This document shows, in pieces, positions 1-11,828 of a DNA stretch of 64,000 nucleotides. The translations under genes and the position numbers were made by a program. The DNA is from Ptychomitrium polyphyllum (Eukaryota). Numbering within the stretch: the first letter of the stretch is position 1; each line of letters begins with the position of its first letter. The notes under the pieces are model-generated. The model was not told the DNA's origin, searched no databases, and saw only the letters and a list, made by a program, of their open reading frames with translations. Location: the NCBI GenBank assembly GCA_973851085.1, contig OZ316775.1, positions 930,001 to 994,000 of the forward strand. The letters run 5' to 3'.

Positions 1-894
1 TGAAGGGTATTAGCAAGTATTTTGTGACCGACAACCTGGAGGTTTTTCCCAGCTGCAACTCCTTGGCCTTGCTGAAGAAGCTGAAGGTGGAGAATATGAG
101 CTCTCTTGACAGTATTGACCTCCGTGTTGGCACTGACGAGGTAATGAACAAGTTCTTCATCACCCAACTTCCTGTTAACACTCATCTTACTGATTTGAAA
201 TGAAGAAACCGTTTTTCCTACATAGAAGTGCTGTAATTGATGCTTTTCATTGTAGGTGTTACAATTGCTGAGGGCGTCCCTGACATCAGCAAACGTTCTG
301 AGTGAAGTCTTTGGCAAATTTCTCCAGGAAACCTTCGCGGTAGAGTCTCCGCACCACAAGTTTCTCTCACATTACAACAGTTCTGGAGAGCCTATCAACT
401 CTCTAGAGAAGAAAGACCACGCTCCAGAAGATAATCCCCTCAAGGCGTCGATAGAGATTGCACGAGACTGGGGACGCGGGCTCTACAATGCCTTGAGGGA
501 GGTCCAGGAGACAGCATTTCACAGCAGCCTTGTGAATTATGTGAGAGAGAGGGAACAAAGAATCACCTCCGCTTTGAGAGACCTAAACTCTCCTGATTCG
601 ACTGAGACTAGCCACTCTAGCAGAGGAAGCGCATGTGGAAACGGGACATTGAAACAGATCAGAAAAAGGGCAGACGGAGATTATCTCATGCCTGCGCCAT
701 GCAAGGAAATGCTCATGTTGGAGAAGCAGGTTGACAAGGTCATGGCCAGGCTGTGTCACCTTACTTCCGCGGAGCCTCCTGACCTTGAGCTTTCTGTCGG
801 TGCCGGAAGGCCGAAGTCAGCTACTGTCAAGCCTCCTTGGACGATGTTCCAAAATTCCCGTGTACGACTTCCATCTAGGGTTTGGCATCCCTGA
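1..894 (+). CDS. DUF674 family protein, 3' part (exons <1-140, 256-894; 5' end outside the window)
   Basis: Exon 1 reads KGISKYFVTDNLEVFPSCNSLALLKKLKVENMSSLDSIDLRVGTDE, then a GT..AG intron (141-255), then VLQLLRASLTSANVLSEVF. This matches the DUF674 C-terminal pattern (F/Y-x-VTDxL ... LLxASLxSxxVLxxVF). A ~190 aa unrecognised extension follows. Confidence 0.8.
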
Positions 895-1968
895 TCTAGA
901 AGTATTCCAGAGTCAACTCTCTTAAGGCTCAAGGCTTTGAGGTTTTTTTTTACTCTGAAAACAGTCCTCGAGAAGTTTACGAGTTTCAAGTTCTGAGAGG
1001 TGACAAGAGATTGCAGAATATTCATGAGATGCTCAAATCCAATATAACGAAACAATATGCTGGACCACTGGTGGAGTATCAGTATCTGCACTCTGATCCA
1101 CAAATCTGTTAGCTGGAGCAATACGATATCTAGAGAAGCTCAAGGTGCCCTGTAAATTAAGATTATTTCAAGATTCTTGAGCAGGTGCAATGAAAACCTG
1201 TACCATTACAAGAATCGATATCATGTGCTTTGGTTGGAGGACTAACAGGAGTTCAGACGAGATACGGTACCTGATCAAACATTTTTAATCCCCGGGGATC
1301 ATGTCGACTACTGCTTGCTGCAAAGGAAACTAACGTTGCCGAATATACGAGGAATGTAATGAGTTGCACTACCAAGTACAGTGGAGGAATTGTATGTAGA
1401 GATTGGTTTCACCGGCATGACTGGGGAGACCCTGGAGAGCCTGTAAGTCACATGTCCTGAAAACGACGTGTTATTCTACCTTTTAACAAGCACGAAAACC
1501 AGAATTTTGTCATACACAGATGGATTGCCACACATTAGGTAGTTCAAACCTGGTGCTGATGCAATGCAGATCTCCATCATTGACCACTTTTGGCCTATTT
1601 CAGAAATTTTCTACAATACAACCTCGAATCGCACATGCCGAATGCACAAGGTCAGCTTTACTCCACTAGTCAGGGAAGCAAGCAGTCCCCAAAAAACCGA
1701 AAGCAAACTATGTGAGCTTTCACATGCTTGCTATTTATATACCGTGATACATCTCAGCAAGATAACCTACGTCAGAACATGTGCATCTAGAGATGGCCCT
1801 GCCATTCTTAGCCTGCACTCCCAGAGTCCTGCTGTTTAGCATTCTTACCCCCACTCACCTTTCATTGGAGTCCCCATACGTGAACATTGGCAGCAAGATT
1901 TTTCTACGCACTGAGGGAAAAAAGCCTCTTCCTTTTCTTCAAAAACTACACACCAACACACATTACAT

Positions 1969-3804
1969 TCAGGCACAAGGCCAAATTAGCCAAATTTTCC
2001 AGGCTTCACTTATGATGAATATTTTGAAAAGTTGGCAAACTATTCCGCAAATTGATTTACTGAAGGAAGACTTGGAAAGTGCAGTACCAACGCTTTTGAC
2101 ATCCGCACAATACTTGCCAAACACGTCGTTTAGCACATTTGTGGAAGTAAACGACGATTTCAATAGCTGCAAGATCTGTATTGAATCCCATAAACCAACA
2201 TCCACAAACAAGCACCCTTAAACACCTTTCCATTAGAACATCGCAAAATAGTAAAGGTGAAGAGAAGCTGCATACAAATGGGGCAAGACCTATACCTCAG
2301 ATGAAACGACAGACACTGGCATAGTGTCCAAGTCGCCAACTCGTTCGCATCGAATAATATTAAGGGTTATAAGAGCTCCGATCGCCTCAGAACTTGCATG
2401 AATTTCAAGTGTGTTGGTGATCATATACTGTGTGCCTTCCTTCACATATCCTTCTCCTTTTAAGTTCTGCCAAACCCAACTTCACACGTCCAAGCTTCAA
2501 AGCCAGAAATTCCGCAATGCCTACACTTAGCTTTATAAATATGTGCATATGTGAAGAAAACGTAGGAGTTGCAATGAAGTACATACTATAGAAGGAGCTG
2601 GACTCGAAGGCAACGCAAGCTGCATGTCGGCACCCGTCGTGGACGGACGAAGGACGACCTCAAGGTTAGAAGCGGGAAATTTTTTTTTCACTGTAAGCGG
2701 TCTGATAGACGGTTTAACAGACAGCCTACTTGAAGACTTGGTAGGGATCGGAGGCTTGGAAACGCATTTGTCAGCGACACACTGCCTTCCACGCTGTTCT
2801 TTATTTGTGCGAAAACTGTCTGGCTGTTCCTGCCCAATTGGAGTTCTTTAAATTCGTCAGCTTATGGCACAGTTGCCCATCCTTGTCAGAATAAGGCAAA
2901 GCAGTGCAACAACTCTGAAATAGCGTTCTCGACCTAGCACATTTCAAAATCACAAGAAACTCATAACGCAATGTGTGCAGGCCATTGCTGATTGGAAAAC
3001 ATCAAACGACGCACAAATTATTATTCATACATGCAGATATTCACGAGCAACTTGCACTGAACAACTCTTTGTTGCTAGCTGTGCAAGACACAATTTCGCC
3101 AAAGGTCATGTATGGCATACCTGAGAGTTCGCATCACCCGGATGGCTAGCAGCACCTACGGGGCCAACATGTCCAAGCTCCACGATCTTTAACGGAGTGC
3201 TCATCATCTTTTTGTGTTTAGGACACTTGGTAGCTGGGTTTGTATTATAAAAAGAGCAAGCATTTCCACAACCATAGTAATTTGAAATCGCTGAGCTCAC
3301 TGATGACCTTGCAGAACAAGGCGAAGTTTGCACATCCAGGAGTTTGCCAGCTCCAAAAGAGATGAGTGGCTTCGGGTCAACTAAGCAATTCTTATTAGTG
3401 CTCATCTCTCTGTTGTCCAGCCTTACTACGCTCCCAAAAATGTTGGAAATGGAGCTCATGGAGAAATGCTCACCCGATTCATTTTCTCCCTTCTTAGGTC
3501 CTGGAGTGTAGGGCGTACTGGGGGGGAAAGTGGGAGCAGGTGAAAGTGGTGGCGCTATCTTGCAGTCTGGCCTGTGAATCATGGTGGCCTCCTCTAAGAG
3601 TTTTATAATGCAACCAACGGGGAGGGTGAGAAACCCCATCAGTGTATCTACAAAGTCTTTCCCGGCCTCCAAGCACAACACTTGCCTAGTTGCCTTCGAA
3701 AAGAGTAGGGTGACGGGGATGGTCGGATCCACCTTGCATTGCGGCATGCCACAGTTGAAACAAAGTTCTTCTTCCTCATCGTCTGATGGCTTTGGACTCG
3801 TCAT
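1969..3804 (-). CDS. DUF674 family protein (exons approx. 3804-3121, 2829-2587, 2466-2296, 2175-1969)
   Basis: N-terminus has IPVTLLFSKATRQVLCLEAGKDFVDTLMGFLTLPVGCIIKLL (DUF674 signature), a Cys motif CGNAC..CPKH, then GYVKEGTQYMITNTLEI and ILQLLKSSFTSTNVLNDVF. Canonical splice sites keep the frame; exon 2 and the 3' end are less certain. Confidence 0.85.
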
Positions 3805-5965
3805 CGCTACAATGAGTTGCACCACTTATTAGGGTTCACAGGCATGAAACTTCACAGCCTGGCGGAGATACCTTTCGAACAGGTGGATCTAGGATGACGT
3901 TGTATAGGAGATTTCACCAGGGCAATTGCTAACCTGATTTTTGATTAGAGTGGATGTGAGCATCTCGTTGAAGCCTCCCCAATTAAGATCATTCCAGGGA
4001 CGTGATAGCCTGCATCCAATTGCAACGATGATCAACTTACTCAGTTCAAAGAAGAAGCCAAAATGAAAATCCTAAACTCGACTGACTCAAGACTTCCTGG
4101 GCTTACCAGTGCCATGTTTTTGCTTTCCCCAACCGGCAAACTCGTTGCACCAACTCTTCCCTCTTCGGCATCTTCTGGTCTGATCAAGCATGCAACCTAT
4201 TGCCTATAACTTTACTCATAGCAGCATCGATATCTCATACAGTACCATTCATACCACGAACAACGCCACTGCGTAAAACTCCTAGGCAAGAGTATAATAC
4301 GCAACAGTTTCAGTCGTCATGGTGCATGCGGATCCTTGCCTGCATAGCCACAATTCTAACTTCCAATGCCCTTCAAGATCTGGCCGACAGTCTGGCAGAT
4401 AGTCCACTCACTGCATAAGCACCAAGGAGGTGAGGATCATGTCCAGTAAAGTAGGACTGTCAAGCGCATGACAAGATCGTATGTAAACTTCGAACTGATC
4501 AGGAGCATAATTGACAAGAAGAGGCAACTCACGTAAACAAGGACGAAACGTCTCAACTGAATCTTCATGAATCGCTTCGTAACCAGAACTTGGCTTCATC
4601 CATCTCCACTACAAGACTAGCCGTTGGTTCTTCCTCATCCACGAAAGTTCAGCTGAAGCTGTCAAAAATTTATTACTACCACGGAGGTGGTCGAAATAAA
4701 ACTGCGTATGACTATCTCACTATGAGAATTTGGAGTTTGACCTCTATCAAAAATCCATATAAAATTGATAATTATTGTGGATCTCTACAAAGTAATTTTA
4801 TAATCCTAAAGTACACATGATAGTGCATTTCCACAAACAATTTTATTGAAATCTAATGGCTTGATGCTAAGATTATAACACTTAATGAACAAATATTGCA
4901 AAAATATAATGACTAAGTTTGTAGAATGAAGTTTGAGACACCATATTTTATATAAAGGATATCCAAATAATTTGAAATATTTCATGCTACATTATATAAG
5001 AGTTTACAAGACATCTAAATAATCTTAGATGGAAAGATGCATTAAATAAGAAAATATGATTCTTGAGGTATGACCAATTCAAGCTTCAGAGAAACAATGA
5101 AGAAAAAATTAGATTATAGGCTAATATGGGGAATTGCAAGTTAACTTGCAACGAATTTAGAAGAATAACTAAGAATATCTAATAAGAATATCTTTTTGGA
5201 AGTACATATTCTTCTAATTCACCATGAAATTTTTGACTCAATCTTTTTTGAACTTTTAAAAAAAAATTGAGTCCTTACACAAATTTTAAAACATTACTGT
5301 TGGCAGATTTTTTTTCTGAGTCTTTTAAGTTACTTTTAAGTTAAGTCAACTTCTAGGGACCTTCTAGAATAGTTTCATTTTACTATACAATATGAAGATG
5401 GCCCAGCTAGGCACTTACGGGTAAAATTTGCCACCCAGGACAGTACGACAATTAAAAAATGTGATGTCACTGGAAGCATTAAGCACTTTTACTTCATGAT
5501 AAGTACAAATTGGTAATTAGCTACAGAACATTAAACCTGTGCTGTACTGGGTTGACCTTATACACCAATCTGGTTACCTGACGTATCACGTTACACAAAG
5601 ATTGATAGTTGAAGAACCCACTAAATAGAAGTAATCAAGCACTATTCACACATCTAAGGCCTAAGCTCATTACCGTAGCCATTACCTTAGCCATTACCTT
5701 AACCACGTAGCTCAAGAATGAATGTTTATTTTATTGTGAAAAAACAACGTTCATCCCTCAAAAACTAATTACTTGATTTTCGGTTTTGAGCTAAAACGAC
5801 TGGAAATGGTCCAAAATGGTTCAAAATAGCAAAATCCGGTTTTAGATAATTTATTCTATTTTTCATTTTATTGTCTTCATAATTTTCCAATTTTAATTTC
5901 CACTTTTCAGAATCATTTTTGAGCAACGATAAACTGATTTTTCACGAAGTTGCATAGCAGCAATG

Positions 5966-8900
5966 TCAGAGTGCCCACGAAGATCGCAGCATGAGGGCAG
6001 GGGTTTGTGATTGTTTATTTAGGAGATACACTAAACCAGGTTGTAGTGTAAACCCAAGCCCCATGCTGAATTTCATGAAAGCCTCCATATAGAATTGCAG
6101 GTCACATGATTCACCTGATACAAAAGCATGCCCAGCATGTGAGACATCCATGCCCTTGTCATACATCCAAGGAAAGAGAACGCCACAAGAATTCGAACGA
6201 ACCACAAAATTACCAAAAGAAGCATAAGACCTAACATCCGGGTCAGAAATGTCACTACCTGTTACCACTGGAAGTGACGATTCTGTCAGCCTTCAAAGAA
6301 TGTGGATTTCGAGAAAATTTTGATTCATCAACTAGGTGCGTTCAGAGCAGAACCTTTCAATGTAAAAGTTGAGGATCATACCTAAACCATCTCCAGCACC
6401 AAGAAAGGTATTCTCTTCGTTTGTAGCAGCACTCCATAGATCTCCCTTTGAGCTCCCCACACAGAGACCCCAGTCAACTGTTTTCCCGACTGTTTTTGTA
6501 AGGCTCACACCCCATTCAATTTCATTCTTCTTAGACTCATCAAGCCAATACCCTAGGTCGGCCTAAAACAGGACAAACGGTGGAGAAAGATGATCAATTA
6601 TGCATGTAATTTGATTTAAAACAAAATGAAATAGAACCAACCTTGAATCACTCCCATAAGGGAAGAAATTATAAAAGAGCATGAATAAGCAGCACTAACC
6701 TGGGCCCAGCCTGCTAAGCTTACATTCGCGCCTACGTCTATTTCTCCAGCTAATGCAATTGACTGCATTGTATTTCCATGAGTTTCTAGAACAGGGACAA
6801 CTTTTCGCTCAGTCTCGCCATAAGGCGTTCCCCACGAGGCATTATTAGACATTCCAGATGGAGTGTCAAATGACGTTCGAAAATCACGCAATGATGAGTT
6901 GTCCATGGATGTTTGTAAATCTTGGGGACTGCTCGTCTGCGGATTACTCGAACCTGATTTATGACTACGGCGAGTTTTGGAGAGAACCAAAGGTCCCATT
7001 TCACTCCAGTGTAAACCTCTGAAAGAAGGTAGAGGAGGGCTAGGCCAGAAGTGATTGACTGCTGAGAGAGAGAATACTGAATTCACCCATGGTTGAAACA
7101 TAAAATGTGCAAGGGTGTTCAGACAAAGAGGCCCACTATTAAGTGGTCCATCAGATAAGGATGACTCCGTGCCCCAGCCTGAAAGATACTGCGACAATGA
7201 CACAAGTGCCGTCTTTCCCCTTATAGTAGCTCCTAGAGCGGAGCCCACACAATGCTGATATATGGCAGGTCCTACCCTTGCAAATTGTGTCAATGCTTGA
7301 CCCTGTAAAAATACGATCGATGTCAGAAATACCATAGCAAAGAACTCGATTAATGAAACCTAATTCTGCAATCTCTATGGAATCTCTTTCCGCACGGCAC
7401 ATATGTTGTGTCCGCAGTATACTAACCTGTAATGGGTTTACAGTCTCCGTTATGTCACTAGCACGAGCTCCTAGGGGTGCGACCACAACATGCAAGCCAT
7501 CTGTGACTTGAGCATTGTAGACGAGCTTGGTGACTGAAATAGGTCCTCCAAGTATGCTGCCATCACTACCAGAGTGTCCAGCTGAGCATTCCGTGATCAT
7601 CACATCTCTTTCTCTGTAACCAGTCTCAAAAGTGAAGCGCACATCCATGCCGGTGTGAAGACCAGCTTGTTCAAGCGCAGCCCGAGAATATCGACTGCTC
7701 TGATCATCCAATAAGAGGAAAGCACCACCAGCACACACTTCCCCCTTAAGTCGAGTCTTTGCAGCACCTTCACCATATGAAGATTGTGCCTTTGACTTAC
7801 GCAAGCCTGTGTGAAATTCAAGCTTATCCAGGCGCTCCCTGGCTCTCATTAAGTCTAAAAAGGCCTCACGTTGTAGTCTCTTCAAAGCAGCTGTCTGCGT
7901 AGAAGGTAGCTTGTTAGCAGAAAAGACGAAAACAAATCTGCACACAATACAGAGGAACGAATATATCGTCTGATATAATATCTTATCGCTAGTAACCGCA
8001 GTGTAAGAAGACTGAGGGAAAAGTCTTAGTATGGGCAGATACACTTTACATAGCGGAAAATCCTCTCGTATTATCAGGTTCATATACATATGACACCGAA
8101 GATTAAACACCCACCACAGCACTTCGGCAATATGAAAAACGAAAAAGTCCTCACCTGTGTTATGTCAATATTAAAGGTCGTGAAGTTTAAACTAATGAAA
8201 GGGAAATAGGTTTAACAATGAGACAATGTGTGATGTTTGCAATGAGGAAGTACACAGGATCTTAGATTACGAACCTCAGAGCGCTTAGAAAAAGCCTCAT
8301 CCCCATCTTTCTGTTGAATAGATTGCGCCGCGTGTGCCGCAGCCTCTTCCCCCAACTCATCTCGCTCGTTGTCCTTTACACTAGAAGGTCCACTGGAACT
8401 GCCTTGAGAACCTGTTAATTTGAACTGTAAATAATCAAGAGCCCAATTCCAGTCCACATGGTGACAATTAACACCGGGACCCAGAGGCAGAACTGAAACT
8501 CCATCGACCAGGCCAGTTACTTTGGTTGCCACATGTTGACAGGTTACAAATCAAAGAAAGAGAAGACATACTGCAAGCATTTGATTTCCTGAGATGTGAG
8601 TTCTAGCCGCTACAAGGAATCAGAAAGCTCTGATAATTCTGTGTGGTCTTAATAATTTTGCTATCCAGCCCTTCCCCTTACCAGAGGTTTTGGAAGTCAC
8701 ATTTGCAGCTGTCCTCTCCGCAGACCCAGGTCGCTTAGTTCTTCCAAGCAGCAGATCACCAAGGGGCGCCTCTCCATCTAGTGCATCCCCTGCGGCGGAG
8801 CTCAAGGACGCCAGAACTGGTGCTCGAAAATCTTGAGACTTCATCGTCAGTGCCTCCTCATTAGTTTGCTCCTCATCTCCGCTTTCCTTCTTCTCCACCA

Positions 8901-9465
8901 CGCTACTTACAAGAGTCTCCTCACCCGATGAACCAAATCTCCCGCTTCCACTTCCTCCACTGCCACTGCTTCCACCCCACCCTTTTCCTCCATTTCCATA
9001 TCCCACTCCAGAGTCACCCCCACCCCCACTAAACCCCAAACTATCAGCTTCAACATTGTCACCGTTGTTCCAAAACGGCTGCCAAAACAGGCCACCTGCT
9101 GACGAACCCGCCACCACCGAACACGCCAAGAACTTCTCACCTTGCATGCACGATGATTCTGACTCTCCAAAACTCCCCGCAGCACACGCAACAATGCGCC
9201 CATCTAATTTTCCCGAGCTCTTCACGCCTTTCTTCAACAACAACGCCCTCCTGGAGACATTGCCCAGACATAGCTGACAAAATCCCGGCAACACGTAACC
9301 AAAATCCCCCTCATCAACATCCACAACACGCACTCTCTTACTTCGAGGCTTCTCTAAACGTTTGGACAAAGTGTTCAAATCCACAAGCTTCCCCAGGATC
9401 TCCCTCCCGCTCTTAACCTGCACTTGCAACACCGGAGTCGCTTGGTGCCACAACCCTAAACCCAT
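5966..9465 (-). CDS. Putative plastid outer-envelope beta-barrel protein related to cyanobacterial OprB/SomA-type porins (exons approx. 9465-8682, 8411-8275, ~7927-7427, 7302-6700, 6562-6382, 6114-5966; junction between 8275 and 7927 unresolved)
   Basis: Transit-peptide-like N-terminus with a poly-Gly tract; coiled coil LKRLQREAFLDLMRARERLDKLE; TRLKGEV; alternating beta-strand segments; C-terminus EAFMKFSMGLGFTLQPGLVYLL..ALMLRSSWAL. Canonical GT/AG sites in frame for most junctions. Confidence 0.75.
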
Positions 9466-10032
9466 GGCGACACTCAAATTTCCACTGCCAGGTTCACATC
9501 CATCAACAATCAATCACCGATTACGGCTCCCAAACATCCTGACTACCCGTTGGATAGCAACAACAACGCAACCACCTCGCTATCTCGAGAGCGAATTTCC
9601 TATTGCAAATTCTTCATCATCGGCGACTCTTCAACTATTGACAGACAGTGCGCACTTCATATCATGCGTAGATGATCGCTGACATTGTCGCACTGATGCT
9701 CCTTCTCAACAACACGTCTAAGTTAGGTCATCTCCAGCAGCATCCAAGCAACATTAGTGTATACAGTAAGATGATTGTATGGATTGCTGTGATTACTCCA
9801 CATTCTCACGAAGTCTGTGGATTTCTTGCAGGTCGGAGATTCTCAAGAATTCTGCAGAGTCGCGGTCATGCGACCCAAGTGTCCCATAACCGAGTCGCTG
9901 AAATGTGATGTCAGTAACAGAAGTTTTACGACAGACGCAAGACGAAGGGTTTAGAGTACAGAGTTGAGAGACTGACAGGGGAGCAGGGTTTTAGCCGGGT
10001 CAACTTTGTAAGGAAGAATTGCTGCAACTTTG

Positions 10033-11781
10033 ATGGCCTTGTGCCCAGAATTCCATAATCGAGCTCCTCTCTGGATTTGGTCTTCTCGTCCTCACTTGGG
10101 TCGCTGCGCGTCTCATCGTTGCGTTCCGGTGGTGACGACGGAACAGATGGGGGTGCCCAATACATTGTCAAATGTTGCGCAAGGTTCGCTGTTGAGCAGC
10201 TTGGCGTACTCGCGCGCGGTTGAAGCAGTGGTGACGGCAGCGAAGCGAGGGGTTGGGAAGGAGCACGGCAGCGAGTGGCGGGATGCCACAGTGCGGCTTC
10301 TGCAGTCTCGGAGCAATCCGCCTCTCGCTCTTCTGTGGGCGTTCCTTGCTTTCCAGAAGGAGAGTCTGGTCGGCGACGGAGGATCACAATGTGGGCGTTC
10401 GGGCAGTGTCGGTTCCCTCGTCTCGGGTGCACGGTCTCTTCTGCACTCGTTGAGGTTGGTGACCGCCGGGTGCTGCAGTGGCCCCACAGCCATAGCTGCA
10501 GGAGCTCCGATTGTTCAGACTGTCGTGCACGCCTCGGCTGCGTTTGCCGGCAGCGAGAAGGATGCGGGCCTCGGTCAGAAGAGGGAGGCGAAATTGTGGA
10601 AGAGCTTGCAGAAGGTCGTCCTTGAGCTCTCCGGATTCATCACGTTGTGCCACCACAAAGACGCGCCGGTGGTGGGTGGCCTCTTCAGGGCCCCGTCGGC
10701 CAACATCGGGCTGGACATCTGGCTGTCGGAGAATGCGGACTTTGCCTCTCTGCTGCCGTTTGCAACGCAGCTGAAGGTGGATGGGTTCCTGAATTCCACG
10801 GAGTCGGTCCTTCGTCTGGGGGAAGTCGTGGAGACGGCAGTGGCCCTGCTGAGGCTGGTCGCGGCAGCGGTGGAGGGGCGGTCGTCTGCGAGCGCCTCGA
10901 GGAAGGACGAGCTGGAGAAGAGGTTGAAGCACGACGCCGTCCTGTACGCGAAGTTCCTGGGCAGGTCGACCATCATCCTGGACATGGTCCTGGCCGCGCC
11001 CCTGGAGGTCGGCGGCATCCTGGCGGATTGGGAGGAGCTTGCATTGCGTGACGTGGTGGGCGAGATGGCGGTGGCGGGGGTGGCGAAGTCGGGGGTGTCG
11101 TCGGAGGAGAGAGGCGGTTTGGGTGGAGGGGAGAGTGGAGGGAGAGACGGCGTTGCATTTCTGAAGCGGGTGATGATCGCCCGGCAGCTGGCTGCGGAGT
11201 TCAGGTCCAGGAGGGAGTACCTTCGGGCATCGGACCTGCTGGCAGGTCTGCAGGGACGGGGCGCACCTTCAGAGCTGGGAGAGTGGTTGGGCGAGAGGGG
11301 CTCGTTGAGGGTGCTAATCAGCACAGCTGTGCTGCAGAAGCAGCAGGATCTGGTGGACTGGCTTGTGAATGCGGGCGAGGGTGACTTCAACGTGGTGCTG
11401 GACAAGGCAAACATAGAGCGAGCGGAGACGGACAGCGTGGAGGATGTCCCGGGTGCAAGCATGGATGCGGAAGAGGCCGAAGATGCGGGCGGACCTGTGT
11501 TCTTCATAGACACGTCGAGGAGCCAGAACAAGGATGGCGCAGAGGGTGGGTTCGATGCAGACGAAGAATTCGTGACGGCGGCTGGGAACATACAGGCCGA
11601 TACGAAGGACGACGTGCTGTTCGATAGATCCGAGCAGTTGGAGCGGAAGAGGACAAGGGGTGCAGCGAAGTCGAAAGCGGCGAAAGCAAAGCAGAGGAAG
11701 AGTGCACATGGCTGGGAAGGTGGCGAGGAGACATCCGATTCGGAGGACGATTCCGAGGAGGAGTCAAGTATGAGTGAGTAG
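10033..11781 (+). CDS. Intronless ~582 aa protein of unknown function (helical core, acidic/basic C-tail with NLS-like RKRTR); duplicate of 46061-47821
   Basis: Long GC-rich ORF; 10174-11828 is nearly identical to the reverse complement of 46014-47680. Confidence 0.7.
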   Translation: MALCPEFHNRAPLWIWSSRPHLGRCASHRCVPVVTTEQMGVPNTLSNVAQGSLLSSLAYSRAVEAVVTAAKRGVGKEHGSEWRDATVRLLQSRSNPPLALLWAFLAFQKESLVGDGGSQCGRSGSVGSLVSGARSLLHSLRLVTAGCCSGPTAIAAGAPIVQTVVHASAAFAGSEKDAGLGQKREAKLWKSLQKVVLELSGFITLCHHKDAPVVGGLFRAPSANIGLDIWLSENADFASLLPFATQLKVDGFLNSTESVLRLGEVVETAVALLRLVAAAVEGRSSASASRKDELEKRLKHDAVLYAKFLGRSTIILDMVLAAPLEVGGILADWEELALRDVVGEMAVAGVAKSGVSSEERGGLGGGESGGRDGVAFLKRVMIARQLAAEFRSRREYLRASDLLAGLQGRGAPSELGEWLGERGSLRVLISTAVLQKQQDLVDWLVNAGEGDFNVVLDKANIERAETDSVEDVPGASMDAEEAEDAGGPVFFIDTSRSQNKDGAEGGFDADEEFVTAAGNIQADTKDDVLFDRSEQLERKRTRGAAKSKAAKAKQRKSAHGWEGGEETSDSEDDSEEESSMSE

Positions 11782-11828
11782 ATCCGTTCACGAAATTGAA
11801 GATTCAAGTGCTGGATATCTGGAGTATG
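10174..11828 (+). repeat. Inverted duplication, arm 1
   Basis: Identity starts at gttgcgcaagg and ends at ctggagtatg; it differs from arm 2 by a 12-bp indel near the 3' end and at least one missense change (IAAGAP vs IAAAAP). Confidence 0.97.

Noticed and set aside
4200..4820. Short ORFs upstream of the minus-strand DUF674 gene
   Set aside because: No motifs; likely 5' UTR, intron or promoter sequence.
5672..5705. Short tandem agccattacctt repeat; similar ctactaggttagtg repeat at ~57602-57632
   Set aside because: Ordinary slippage duplications in 3' regions.
7928..8122. N-terminal part of ORF 7151-8122
   Set aside because: Reads as intron (T-rich, ends at a tgcag acceptor); a small exon here could not be resolved.
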